Shown: positions 24,629 through 36,200, counted from the stretch's first letter. The stretch: 64,000 nt of DNA from Azolla caroliniana (GCA_043228905.1 JBHGNT010000003.1:15128001-15192000); one strand, 5' to 3'. The notes: generated from the letters alone by a model not told the origin. Numbers and translations are program-made.

Positions 24629-26264
24629 CATCAACATCATCATTATACACATCCCAAATAACATTTTCTAGATTTTCCTTACTTATACCCTTGTGATCAT
24701 TAAGTAACCCTATATCATCATGGACATATTTTTGTAGAACGTCCTCATCATCACAAATCCCTATTCTATTTTCATAATGGATATCCTCATGAATGTCACC
24801 ATTTGATTTAGTGAAACTCTTATCAAATCTATCCCGAAGAAAACCAAGGCAACCTAAAACACACAATTCCTCTTCGTCACTCTCACCCTCATCATTACCC
24901 TTATCATAACCATATCCACAGAAAGTGCACAACTTTTTATCATCATAACCCTCATTCTTCTCTTGGCGCTCACTCTCACCATCAATAATAAACTCTCTCT
25001 TACTATCATCAAGCCCTAAATCGTGTGTATCGTTATTATTGTCACTGTCATCACGTTTAAATGTAAAGTTTTCGTCTCTTCCTAACTTCTCCTCTTGTTT
25101 GAGGCCCTCATTAAACCTATCAAACTCGTCATCACAATTTAAACAATGAGAGTCTAGATTCCAACCTCTCTCACCATCACAACTTTCAAGTGTAGCACAA
25201 CCATGAAGAGCTCGACCTTGATTTCTCCTCTTGAGTTTATAGTAATCTTTGCCACAATCATAACCTTGTAGATCTCGAGCACTCTTTGTGAGTTTGTAAT
25301 GATCTTTGTCTTTATCATAACTGTGTAGATCTTGATCTTTCTCCTCAAGCCCACATTCTTTGTCACATGTCTTTTCATGACTGCATCCTTGAGTATCTTG
25401 GTCTTTCCCCTCTAGCCCACTTTCTTCACCGCATGTCTCTTCATGATCGCATCCTTCTCGATCTTCCCTCTTGAGCCCACATTCTTCATCGCATCTCTCT
25501 TCATTATTGTATCCTTCTTCAGTGCATCTCTCTCTTCTCTTGAGTTTGCAATGATCTTCATGATGACAGTCACAATCTATCCCTTCAAGATCGTGTTCTT
25601 CATCACATGTTTCTCTTTTGTCGAGTTTGCAACAATCCTCGTAATGACCATAAGCATGTCGATCTCGCTTGTCAAGCCCACGTTCTTCTTCATGACCGCA
25701 TCCTTGAATATCTCGTTCTTCCTTTTTGAGCCCTTGTTCTTCATCGCATGTCTCTTCACGATCACATCCTCGAATATCTTGATCTTTTGTCTTGATCCCA
25801 CGTTCTTTGTCATATGTCTCTTCATGATCACATCCTCGAATATCTTGATCTTCCCTCTTGAGCCCACGTTCTTCGTCGTGTCTCTCTTCACAACCGCATC
25901 CTCGAATATCTCGATCTTTCCTTATGATCCCACATTCTTCGTTGAAAGTCTCTTCATGACAATAATCGTGATCATCTCGATCATCTTCATCTTCTTCATC
26001 GTTGAGTAAAACATGAAAAGGTTGAGGCCCAAATCTTGACGTCATAACCGCTTCGTACCAATCCGGAACTTCTTGATATAGTCTTTCGACTTTCCTTGCC
26101 AGCTTGAGATACTCCATCGCTCTATCCTTATCATCATGCAACAACATTTCAATGGCCTTCCTTACAAATGGAAGGATTACGAGCCTTGGACCACCTTCTA
26201 TTCTAATTGACTCCTCTAAGTCGTAAGCAAGCAAGACCACATCCATCATTCGTGTTGCCTCCAT
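24552..26264 (-). CDS. Hypothetical acidic Cys/His-rich 22-aa repeat protein carried by element E (last ~25 codons come from inserted filler DNA)
   Basis: Uninterrupted ORF (572 aa in the track from GTG 26270; ATG at 26264). Repeat consensus HEETCDEERGLKxxDQDIRGCD in 66-bp units at ~25320-25960. No Gag or Pol motif recognised. Confidence 0.6.
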   Translation of the reverse strand: MEATRMMDVVLLAYDLEESIRIEGGPRLVILPFVRKAIEMLLHDDKDRAMEYLKLARKVERLYQEVPDWYEAVMTSRFGPQPFHVLLNDEEDEDDRDDHDYCHEETFNEECGIIRKDRDIRGCGCEERHDEERGLKREDQDIRGCDHEETYDKERGIKTKDQDIRGCDREETCDEEQGLKKEERDIQGCGHEEERGLDKRDRHAYGHYEDCCKLDKRETCDEEHDLEGIDCDCHHEDHCKLKRRERCTEEGYNNEERCDEECGLKREDREGCDHEETCGEESGLEGKDQDTQGCSHEKTCDKECGLEEKDQDLHSYDKDKDHYKLTKSARDLQGYDCGKDYYKLKRRNQGRALHGCATLESCDGERGWNLDSHCLNCDDEFDRFNEGLKQEEKLGRDENFTFKRDDSDNNNDTHDLGLDDSKREFIIDGESERQEKNEGYDDKKLCTFCGYGYDKGNDEGESDEEELCVLGCLGFLRDRFDKSFTKSNGDIHEDIHYENRIGICDDEDVLQKYVHDDIGLLNDHKGISKENLENVIWDVYNDDVDVRFCALRPPWSACLLNRPISAPSLL

Positions 26265-26279
26265 TACCACCTTGTGTTG

Positions 26280-26297
26280 TTCACGTCGGGTTCACCA
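26280..26297 (-). other. Primer-binding site complementary to the tRNA-Trp 3' end
   Basis: The plus strand reads TTCACGTCGGGTTCACCA, matching (from memory) the 3'-terminal 18 nt including CCA of plant cytosolic tRNA-Trp. It lies 6 nt inside the LTR end at 26304. Confidence 0.8.
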
Positions 26298-26696
26298 AAT
26301 AGATGTCACGTGGCATATGACACACGTGCCAAATGTCGCGATGTGCGTGTCACACAAGCGCGGACAAGCACCGGGCCTCTATCCGCTAATGGTTATGGAG
26401 GAGATGAATTAGCCATTTTAGGTTTATTGTCAGGTTGTTCTTTGTTGTCGAAGACGCACCCGAACTAGAATCCGCGGTGCGGTGGATTGATGTGTAGGCG
26501 GCGGTAATGTGGTGGTGTGCAACATTTAGTGGGCGACAAACGACGACGAAATGATCTTTGCCGGTGCTATTTCCTTCTTGACGAGAATTCCAGAGATAGA
26601 GTGAATGATCACACGAAATGAAATTGTAGTAGCCGAAATGATGTGAATGATCACACGAAATGAAATTGTAGTAGCCAAAGTGACGCACTAATGTGG

Positions 26697-26729
<33 letters not shown>

Positions 26730-27749
26730 TGAGTGAGAGAGAGAGAGATGGGAATTGAGGAAGTGTGTAAGATAGATAGATAGATGGATGGAAATTCCAA
26801 TTCCGGGTTCGAACCCTTGACATCAATGTTAAGAAACAAGACAAGTCACCAATAAGATAAGTAGGTTTTTTAATATTAAGATGTTGATTCAATACATAGC
26901 TTGATTGATGCCTAGATTGACCCCCCCCTTTTCCCTTCCTTTCTTTCTTATATAGATGCCCCCATGCATATGATGCATGTGAGGGTGTACGACATGCATA
27001 CAACGCATGAGATGCATGCAATGCATTATTGCCATTTGGTGCTCATGCATCGCATGTGATGCATGATGACCATGTCCCTCATTCAAGCTCTAATGTATGA
27101 GCATTTACATGTGAAAAATACAATAATAAAAGTATAATAAGTAACAACTTAGCCTAATGGTAAGTCAATTGTGTCTTAACTTGGAGGTGTAAGGTTCTTG
27201 AACCTTACTTGCACCCCTTGGTATGCATGAAAATGCTATTAGGCCTTAGTAGAGGGGTTCTCATTTCATTCATATTTACAACATGCTAACGTACGAGTGT
27301 AACCATCGCTCCATTCATTCGTGTACACATTGCACCGTCTCGATTTTCACACCATTGCCGAAAATCTTCACGACACTATATCCGGATTGGCTAAACAAGC
27401 CAAAGCCGGATTCAAATGTGAACCGGAAGGCTAGTAGTAGCCTATACTCATAGACTACTAAGTAGTCAGAGTTCTCGTAGTTAGTGTCAACCGCTCGTAT
27501 GATCATTGAAGTACATAGTACCTCTGTTAGTCCTTTTGAGGACTTGTATAAATAGGGTTGTTTAGCATGTTGTATAGATAGAGTGATACAGAGTGTTAAT
27601 TTTTTAATAGAGTTTATGTTTTGCTCTCTCTGTCTCTCCCGTGTATGCTAAATACTCTCAAGGTTCCATTGAACCTGTGTTTCTATTCTCTGTTGCTATC
27701 CGGCTAAACCGGTTTTGTCAAGCTTCCGTACGCTAACTTTTTCATCATT

Positions 27750-27884
27750 GTATAATGGTCGGAGGTTAATGCAATATAGTCTCTTTTGAGCACATAATCA
27801 TCTCTCATTCTCTACGCAATCATCTTGTCTGTCTGCTACTTTTTCTTGTTTGACTGACTAACCAATAGGTCCTCAACTTCTACA
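27750..27884 (+). mobile_element. Distal part of the Copia B 3' LTR (after the C insertion)
   Basis: Follows TSD TCATT and ends AATAGGTCCTCAACTTCTACA, resembling the end of LTR A (AATAGGTTCTCA...AACTTTCCACA). Confidence 0.65.
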
Positions 27885-29933
27885 TCATCAACATCATATT
27901 CATTAAACACACACAAGGGCCTACAGTTTGAGCATATATAAGAAGGCTAACTACCTTCATGAAGGGGAACTCTTTTCTTTATTGTTTTGAAATAGAGACT
28001 TTGATAGTGTGGCAAAGCTTTAGCTTCATACATATATGCCTCCTTCTTTAAACCCATAGTAAAATAAGAACTTTAGTTTATCATGCCATACCATTCAAAT
28101 GTAAAAATGACTATATTCAAATCAATTCTAATTTATAAACTAAAATGTTGATTGAGTCTGTATAAAACCATTGTAGGTCATCTTAGATTGTATCCTATTC
28201 ATGGTCATTGGCAAAAACTTTATTGCTCTATGATTGTTGGGGACCATGTATCAAATTAAATATCTTTGGGTGGAAATATGGTGGTTCAAGTTATATGGGA
28301 ATAAATGATTGAGTTGATCATTAAAGCAAGATTAATTGTGTTGCATGTGCATTTTCTTATGTATGGCAGGCCTCAAATGAATTGGATTGATTGTTGTGAC
28401 TCTAATAGTCGGACATATTCCGTAGATGATGGGAGATGATCGAAGCATCCTTGAATAACATTTATTGGAAATTTTATGCAAAAGCGTTCTTGGGCATATA
28501 GAAAAATATCATTCATTCATCTAAAGGTAGATAGGAGATGGAACAACACATATTCAACCTTTCAAATTAATTCATCTTTGACTTGAATGTGTGTGGCCCT
28601 TATCCTCATTAGCTGGGATTATTGAGAAACATGAAGTGTGATTGCATTTGGTTCTCTTCATAAATCCATTTTTACTAATAACAAAATATTTCATTAAAAG
28701 ATTCAACAAGTTCGCTCTTTCTAACCAATTTTGTATTTTGTCACATTTGTTGGTATAAAAGGAAAAATTTGGAGCTACTCTAGGGTTTTCCAATATCCAA
28801 ATATCCGTGATCAACTCTCAAAAGAGAGAGGAGGAGAGAATTACCCTAATATTATTTATACATACACGAATAATTTATCCTAAGTTATGGTCAATATTTT
28901 TATCAAAATTTGAGAATTGCATGGAGTTTGAGACACATTTTAATACATTGCCTTATATATGCTACAACCTAAAAAACAACAAGCGTGGAAAAGAGGCCCA
29001 GGCAATGATCAATCCTCCTTTATATAATCGTTCTAGAGTAAAGAGACGCTAAAATATGCATGCACAAAAGTATGAAAAGTGATAAACTGTTGATATTGAA
29101 ATTGTTATACATGCTACTCTACTTGATCCTCATCGCGCAACCGACCAATGTCAAACACACACACACACATCAATGAACAAATCATATTAATATATCTTGC
29201 AATACGAACATACAACACAAGATGGTCATATGGTCTTGTATAATACAATATAATGACCATCTTGTAGATTTTATATCTATAGGGAACGAATACAAATGCA
29301 ATGACAATGTGGTAGCTTTTCTATCTGCGATGTTGTTTACAGGACGAATACAATCCTAATACATTATATGAACAATACGATACCAATACAATGCAACACA
29401 ATATACAAAAAATAAAATAGTGGGACAACACAAAATGTATAGGATCAATACAATGTAGATACAATACTACTTACTTAATGTAGTGTATGGGCAATAGACA
29501 CTAGACACACGCACTACATTGTAGGAGTGTTTTTTTTTCAAAAAAAGGATCTACTTTTCCATTGGTAGGAGAGATTTTTAAAGAAAGACTACACAAGATG
29601 GCCGCTAAGAGGCGAGTGACCCTGTCCCAGATCCTTTGAGCTTGAGGGCAATGCCACAAACAATGTCTTAGAGTCTCGATAGGTGCAAAACAGAGTGGGC
29701 AAGCTATTGGGCCTCCTCGTTTACCTAGCTATGCACCAACGGGGGGGGGGCAACGTTATGTCCGATCGATCTGCCACTAAAATAGCTTGATCTTCTCACG
29801 CACGTGGACAAATGCAAAATACAAACAAAACAAATCGGAAGGCCCTTTGCTACACACACACACAATGCATTTTCATTATTTATACATATGTACTCATACA
29901 TTCACCAAACAAATATGCACAAAAGCAAGAAGA

Positions 29934-29934
<1 letters not shown>

Positions 29935-29974
<40 letters not shown>
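29935..29974. repeat. (GA)n microsatellite upstream of the GT31 gene
   Basis: About 20 GA units. Confidence 0.95.
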
Positions 29975-29977
<3 letters not shown>

Positions 29978-30231
29978 GATACAAATTTCTTGACTGAGTA
30001 GTCACTGTCCTCCCTCCCTTCCCCGCCACCGCCATCGCCGTTATCCTCCTCCTCTTCAGAAGATGGGTGATAAAATTAGGGTTTCACTGTCAGATCAGGA
30101 GCTCATCTGATCGTTCCTATATTAGCTGACAAACCATTCTCTTTGACAGATCTAGCATAGAATCCCATACGTTTGTGTCTTCTTCTTTGTAAGGGCATGC
30201 TCGTCCATTCTCATAAATTCTCTCTGCTTCG

Positions 30232-33200
30232 ATGAGATCATCAGGTGGATCAAGCACTATGAAAGGTCGGGCTAACTCGTCTGGATTTACTACTTTCATC
30301 ATGTTCATGGTCTCATTCCTTGCTTGCTTCTATGTTGCTGGAAGGTAAAGTGGCCGCTTCCATCATTCTGTGTCTATAAGCATAAATAGGGATCAGGATT
30401 TGCGGTTTCGAAATAACGCGAAATCCATGTATATATTTTGAAGAGGAAACACACATAATTAGGAATTCTGACTTGAGCGCTCCTATTTCCATCATCCTAG
30501 GTTTTAGGATATATGATTTAGATCTCAAGAGTCTCGATTTAGGATGTAGGATTCAGAGTTTATTCATAGATAGTGCAAAATCCCATTTTCATTCATGTCT
30601 TGAAGATGTAAAATCATAAATATGGATTTAGGGTTTAGACATAATGTCAAATCTATGTATATATGAAGGAAAGAACGCAATTAGGGTTTAAAATTTAGAC
30701 ATAATGAAAACTCATTTCCATCATTCAATAGGTATATTTGAAGAGGCATAAACATAATTAGGGTTTTGAATTTATTGTTTAGGGTTTATTGATCATTGTT
30801 TAATATAAAGGATTTTTTAGAGAAACTATTGTATGTATTTAACCAGTAAAAATTAATAGAGTTTAGGGCAGATGGTTTAGATTTTAGGGTTTTCAGAAAG
30901 TGGGGTTTAGAGTTTAGGCACAGCCATTTTTTTCACTCCCATTATGCTTTAGATTACTTAATCCCAGTTTAGAATTAACTTAGTGCTTAATTACAATTTT
31001 TCGATATACTGATATCCGATTCATGCCACTCTAGTTTGTACAGGTAGCTATTCATTCAATTACTGAATACTATTAATTCATCCAGTAACAACTCCATGCA
31101 GGGTTTAGGATTTGAAGAAGCAAAGCATTATTATGGTTTAAATCTTAAGGTCTAGTTTAGAGTTTAGTGTAGGGTTTCGGATTTATACATAATCCAAACC
31201 CATTCCCATCATTCCATATATATTGATTAGGCATAGAAGCATAATTAGGGTTTAGGGTTTTGGACACAGTGCTAATCATTTTACTGCAACCCAAATGATA
31301 ACAATATCAAACTCTCAAGAATGCATTTTTTGTATTCATAAATTAAAATAGGAAAATCCTATCAATCAGCCACATATTTTAAACACATTATGCATTGAGT
31401 AAGAGAGATTGCCTTAACTAAAAAGAGAAACAAAAAATACACCCCCTTGCGCTTACATCAAATGAGTTTATTATAATACAGAAAAATGTATTGTTTATGA
31501 TGTCAATTGATGTAGGTGACAAGAGAAAACATACCCTCTTTAAGCTCTTCCTCCCTCCTAAATTCTCTTCTTCTTCTTTTTGTTTTTACTTCCTTTTCCT
31601 CCTCCTTCGTTTGTGGCTAGTTGCATGCTCTATTATATGTGTCATTGTCTGTGGGACAGTCTCTCTCTATATGTATGTTTGACAATCTCTCTCTCTCTCA
31701 ATTTGGAAACCATGATTTTAAATAAAAACATTTAACCTAAAAGACTAACTAAAGCATCACATTTTTTAGTTTAAATATTAAAATCAAGAATTCACCAATA
31801 AAAAAGTTTGAAACCATATTGTGAAATACTCAAAAAAATTTCCATTCCATTTCAATGTTTACACTTATGTAGCTTTAGTTGGGTCAATGGATTGTTATGC
31901 ATGTTAGGTCATGGTTAGTTATGGGCGGTTCTTTTTTCCAATGCCTGTTGTTCTACAATATATTGTTTCTTCCTTGACTTTAATCTTCAAATATATAATA
32001 ATAATATCAAGTGGTGGGGAACAATTAACATATTATGAACAATAAGTGATTGACTCACTCTTAAAAGAGTTTCAACAAGTGGGAGAGTATACCAATGAAT
32101 TTCACTATTAGTTTACCACGCACTCAAAAAGGCCATGATGCCATTTGCGTGGTTGTTGATAGATTAATAAAATGGCTAGATTCATTCAAACGAAATCCAC
32201 TATTACCACTAAAGACTTAGCTTACCAATTTGTCAATGAGCAGTTCATTTTTGGATTGCAGGTTATGGCAGGATTCACAAAAGAGAGTCATTTTGATGAG
32301 TATGGTGGACAAAAGCAATGGAATGGTATATGCCCTTGTGGAGTATTTCCTTAATTCATTTTCTCCTTCTCCTTATGCTTATCATCCTGCATTATCTTAT
32401 TTCAGGTAAATAAGCCAGTAACAGTAGAGGATAAACTCCAGATTCTGGGCTGCAAGTAATATCTCTTGTTTATTTTGCGAATAATTTTTGCGTCTGGGTG
32501 CAACATACTGCTAGAAAATGCTAATACATGGTCCTGATATTATAGAGATGCTGAGAGAAGATTGAACGAAATGGAGATGGAATTAGCTTCTGCAAAAAGT
32601 CAAGGATTCACTCGGAAATGGGTAAACTTAGGCAATGCTAATAGTACATCGAGGAGCCCACTTCTTGTTGTTATTGGTATAAACACAGAGTTTGGGAACC
32701 GCCTAAAGCGAGATTCAATCCGAAAGAAGTGGATGCCAACAGGTTTTTGGTCTTCATAACTCATTGCTTTTGCTACTTAAATTGGGTAAAATATGCCATT
32801 TAGTACTATTTCCTTTCTTTCTTTAACACATACAATTGTTGATCAAGTTCCATGTAAGAAGTGGCTGGATGTCATATTATGAATAATCATGTCTTACACA
32901 TGCATTTCAGATATATATATATATATATATGATTTTGTGCAAACGAAGTAAATCAGGAAGTGATTAGATATCATATTATATATTCTTGCATCTTATCCAT
33001 GCCTCTGAAACATATATTGTACGTAATATTATGTGAATATTCTTACATCTTACATGTGCATTATGTGACATATATGCAATTAATTTTGTCTTTGAGTTAA
33101 AGTAAGAAATAATTGAATGAGGTGAATAGTCATCATTAGCTCTTGTAAAAGAAACAAGTATTATTTTATGAAATTATATTTTGGATCCCCGATGGTAGCA

Positions 33201-36200
33201 TAGTTTTATATTGAGTTGTAGATGAAAGATGTGTGAATGATGTGACGTAGACCCCAAAGCTCTATTTCATTGGAGTTTTATTAGTAGATAACGTCGGTAC
33301 TCTAATCTATGCACCAAGAAGAGATGAGTAGATTTACTGGACTCAAGTTATGACTTGTCTAATGGTAGGAAACAAATACTAAATATGCACTAGTATCTGA
33401 ACATCTTGGATAGAAGAAAAACCCTGAAGGATTTCTATTACCTATTGAAAGCCAATGACCATTGATTAAAATGTAGGAGAATCTTTTCTTGGTCATGAAG
33501 GTATGGCATCTTTTTTTCTCTTAATGGGAGTACCCTAGTGATTAAGAGAGATAGAAAAAGATAGAGAAGAGAAGAGGAAGAGAAAGGAATACTTTAATAT
33601 ACTATTAAAAAAACAATACCATCTTCTTAGACTCTAAAAATAACAACCCCAAAGAACTGCTTTAATCTCAATGACACTAGTTGATAATAGTCTTTCTTTC
33701 TTCTCTCTTTCTTCTACTAAGACTCCTCTCACTTATTCTAGCCTTCTTATTCTTCTTCCTTCTGCCCCAATTGCTAAGAATACCCTCCTATTTATAGGTT
33801 TTTAGTTGCATTATTCTTGTTTTTCTTTTCTTTTCTTTTTAAATATATGTGATACGTTTTTTTATATCACTATTTCTCCTCCATCATCCCAAATTTGTCC
33901 TAAAAGACTTGTTTGGAGAGCTCTTCTTATCAGCTTTTTATGCATTTTTCTTTTGAAATTTGGATGCCCGTTGATTTTATATCACTATTTCTCCTCAATC
34001 ATCCCAAATTTGTCCTAAAAGAATTTTTTGGAGAGCTCTTCTTATCAGCTTTTTATGCATCTTTTCTTTTGAAATTTGGATGCCCGTTGAAGAAGTTATG
34101 AGCTTTTTTTCTCTGCCTAAATCTTCATATCCACGCCATACTTTTTGTGCCTTTTTCCCTGCTTCTTTTTTTCTCTTTCTTTTCTGCTTTTTTCTACTTT
34201 GGAAAAATACCTCTAACTTTATATCCCTTCAAGTTCCTTCCTCCATTAACACTTGATCCTTTCATATTGCTCTTTATTATTAGTCATCTTAGCATCCAAC
34301 ATATTTGTAACGGTCTTTTCTTACAAACAAAGACTGACTTCACACCTAGCAATAGGTGCAACATGCTTATAAGGTTAGAGCCTGAAGTTTATGTTCACGT
34401 CGTTTGTACCTTGTCAACTATTCTTTCTTCTGTGCATATCTGAATTATATCTTATGTGCTACTTTACTCTTAGCATTTTCATTGTAAAAATATTTGTAAC
34501 TTTTTTTACTAGATATATAACCTTGTATTATTTCTATGTATACTTAAAAGAACCATTCATATTTGTAACAACACCAATTGCTTGTACAACCTGATAATCT
34601 TTTATAGTTTTATGCAAGCTTGATTTCATGAAATTCTTGTATAATTTGAGCTAATACAATCTTATAAAATGGTAGACAACTTGTAAGACCTGAAATACAC
34701 TTGCACACTTGTCCGTCAACATTTTTTAGAGTAGAATTACTGAACTATCTCGCACTCTGTATATTACTAATTTTATCAACATTGATTCTGTTTGGAACGT
34801 TTAAAAACTTCAAAATTTGACAAGTATTTACTGTATTCCACACATGTTCTACATATTTAATATATTTAATGGATTTTATCTATAGAATACATATTGTAAG
34901 TATTCAAAAAAAAAAGTAGAATGCATAGCATACATATTCTACATGTATTGTATGCTAAGTATTTTTCAACTATAGTTTGGAGTGACGTAGATGGTTGATT
35001 GAAATTCAAGTTTGACAAGTATTTACTGTATTCCACACATGTTCTACATATTTAATATATTTAATGTATTTTATCTATAGAATACATATTGTAAGTATTC
35101 AAAAAAAAGAGTAGAATGCATAGCATACATATTCTACATGTATTGTATGCTAAGTATTTTTCAACTATAGTTTGGAGTGACATAGATGGTTGATTGAAAT
35201 TCAAGTTCTTTGTTTATTTTTATTCAAGGTGAGGCTTTGAAGAACCTTGAGAAAGAGAAGGGAATTGTTGTGAGATTCGTGGTCGGAAGGAGGTTGTTTA
35301 TGGCTTAACTCTACTTTACAACTGACATGAAACAAACAGAGGATAGTAAGTCATGAAGAAACATTCTGGATAATGTGGTGGTTATATTTTCTTTTATTGG
35401 CATACAGTGCAAATAAAGGGGATAGTTCTGATCGCCGAATTGACTCTGAGAATCAAGAAACTAAAGATTTTCTCATACTTGTAAGTGTGTAAAAATAATT
35501 GAGAGATTTTTATTTTATTCACAACCTATCAGGCTCACTCTGATGTGGTTTATTTGGTCTCAAAGGTCATGCTCGTCTTTTGAAGACATTGAATATGAGT
35601 TTTCGATATAATGAAGGTTATAAACTTTGGGTTTGTTTGCTATCTATAGGAAGATCATGTTGAGGGATCAGAGGAGTTTGCCAACAAAGCAAAAAACTTT
35701 TTCAGTCTAGCTGCGGCAACGTGGGATGCTGATTTTTACATCAAGGTTGACGATGACATTTCTGTAAACATTGGTATGCCCTTTTTTTTAGTTTAACGAC
35801 AATTCAGTTAATTCCATGATTTTAAATAAAAGAGGGGAAAAAACCAGATTCTGATACTTCTTTTTAATAGCTCATTGACATTTTTGCAGAGGAGCTTAAA
35901 AAACTACTTTCAAGTTATTGGGGCAAGCCAAGAGTATATGCTGGATGTATGAAATCTGGAGATGTTATAGCAGATGAGTATGTGTTTATGAAAAATAAAA
36001 TCTTCTACGTTCCTGATTCCCATGGAATGTAGATACGATGTTAATGACAGTATGTAACCACAAGTGGAAAAGTTTTATCATGGTGTTGAGTTTTCTTTCC
36101 CGCAGAGGTCAGCGTTGGTATGAAAAAGAATGGTGGAAGTTTGGTGATGGAAAATCGTAAGTTATTTCCACGTGGACACATTTGATAGATGCTTTAAGAA

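Larger units (their letters stand above)
23528..27375 (-). mobile_element. LTR element E: 5' LTR 27375-26304, tRNA-Trp PBS, repeat-protein ORF, partial second LTR 24277-23528; no pol present
   Basis: Two related LTR copies start TGTCACGTGGC (23528, 26304); the right end is ...CTTCACGACA (27375). PBS at 26280-26297. No matching TSD seen. Confidence 0.8.
10927..27744 (+). mobile_element. Copia element C (internally deleted), inserted in the 3' LTR of B and itself hosting D, E and a solo LTR
   Basis: 5' LTR 10927-11760 (TGTTGAG...TTTTCA). PBS TGGTATCAGAGC at 11761-11772. Gag start MASLLPTEKLDRSNYASW (11868), IN (12110-12740), RT (13359-13826, LYVDDLVI), RNase H (14167-14580), PPT ~23495-23503. 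3' LTR is 23504-23527 plus 27376-27744. TSD GCATT/TCATT. Confidence 0.88.

Noticed and set aside
25320-25960. 66-bp periodic repeats as a CRISPR-like array
   Set aside because: The units are contiguous, in-frame and degenerate with no unique spacers, in a eukaryotic TE context with no cas genes.
25443-26009. 188-aa hydrophobic plus-strand ORF (and 25577..25891 minus) as membrane protein genes
   Set aside because: These are shadow frames of the purine-rich repeat ORF; the reverse complement of GAA/GAT codons gives Phe/Ile/Ser runs.
26797-27215. Functional tRNA genes
   Set aside because: Acceptor and anticodon stems do not pair convincingly and one B-box has an insertion, so they are reported only as tRNA-like modules.
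27885-28900. Possible decayed minus-strand coding region (ORF 28572..28814)
   Set aside because: No recognisable motif or splice structure; probably an old TE, but I cannot support a call.
30440-31290. Interstitial telomere or chromosome fusion site
   Set aside because: There are at most two consecutive TTTAGGG units and no head-to-head array.
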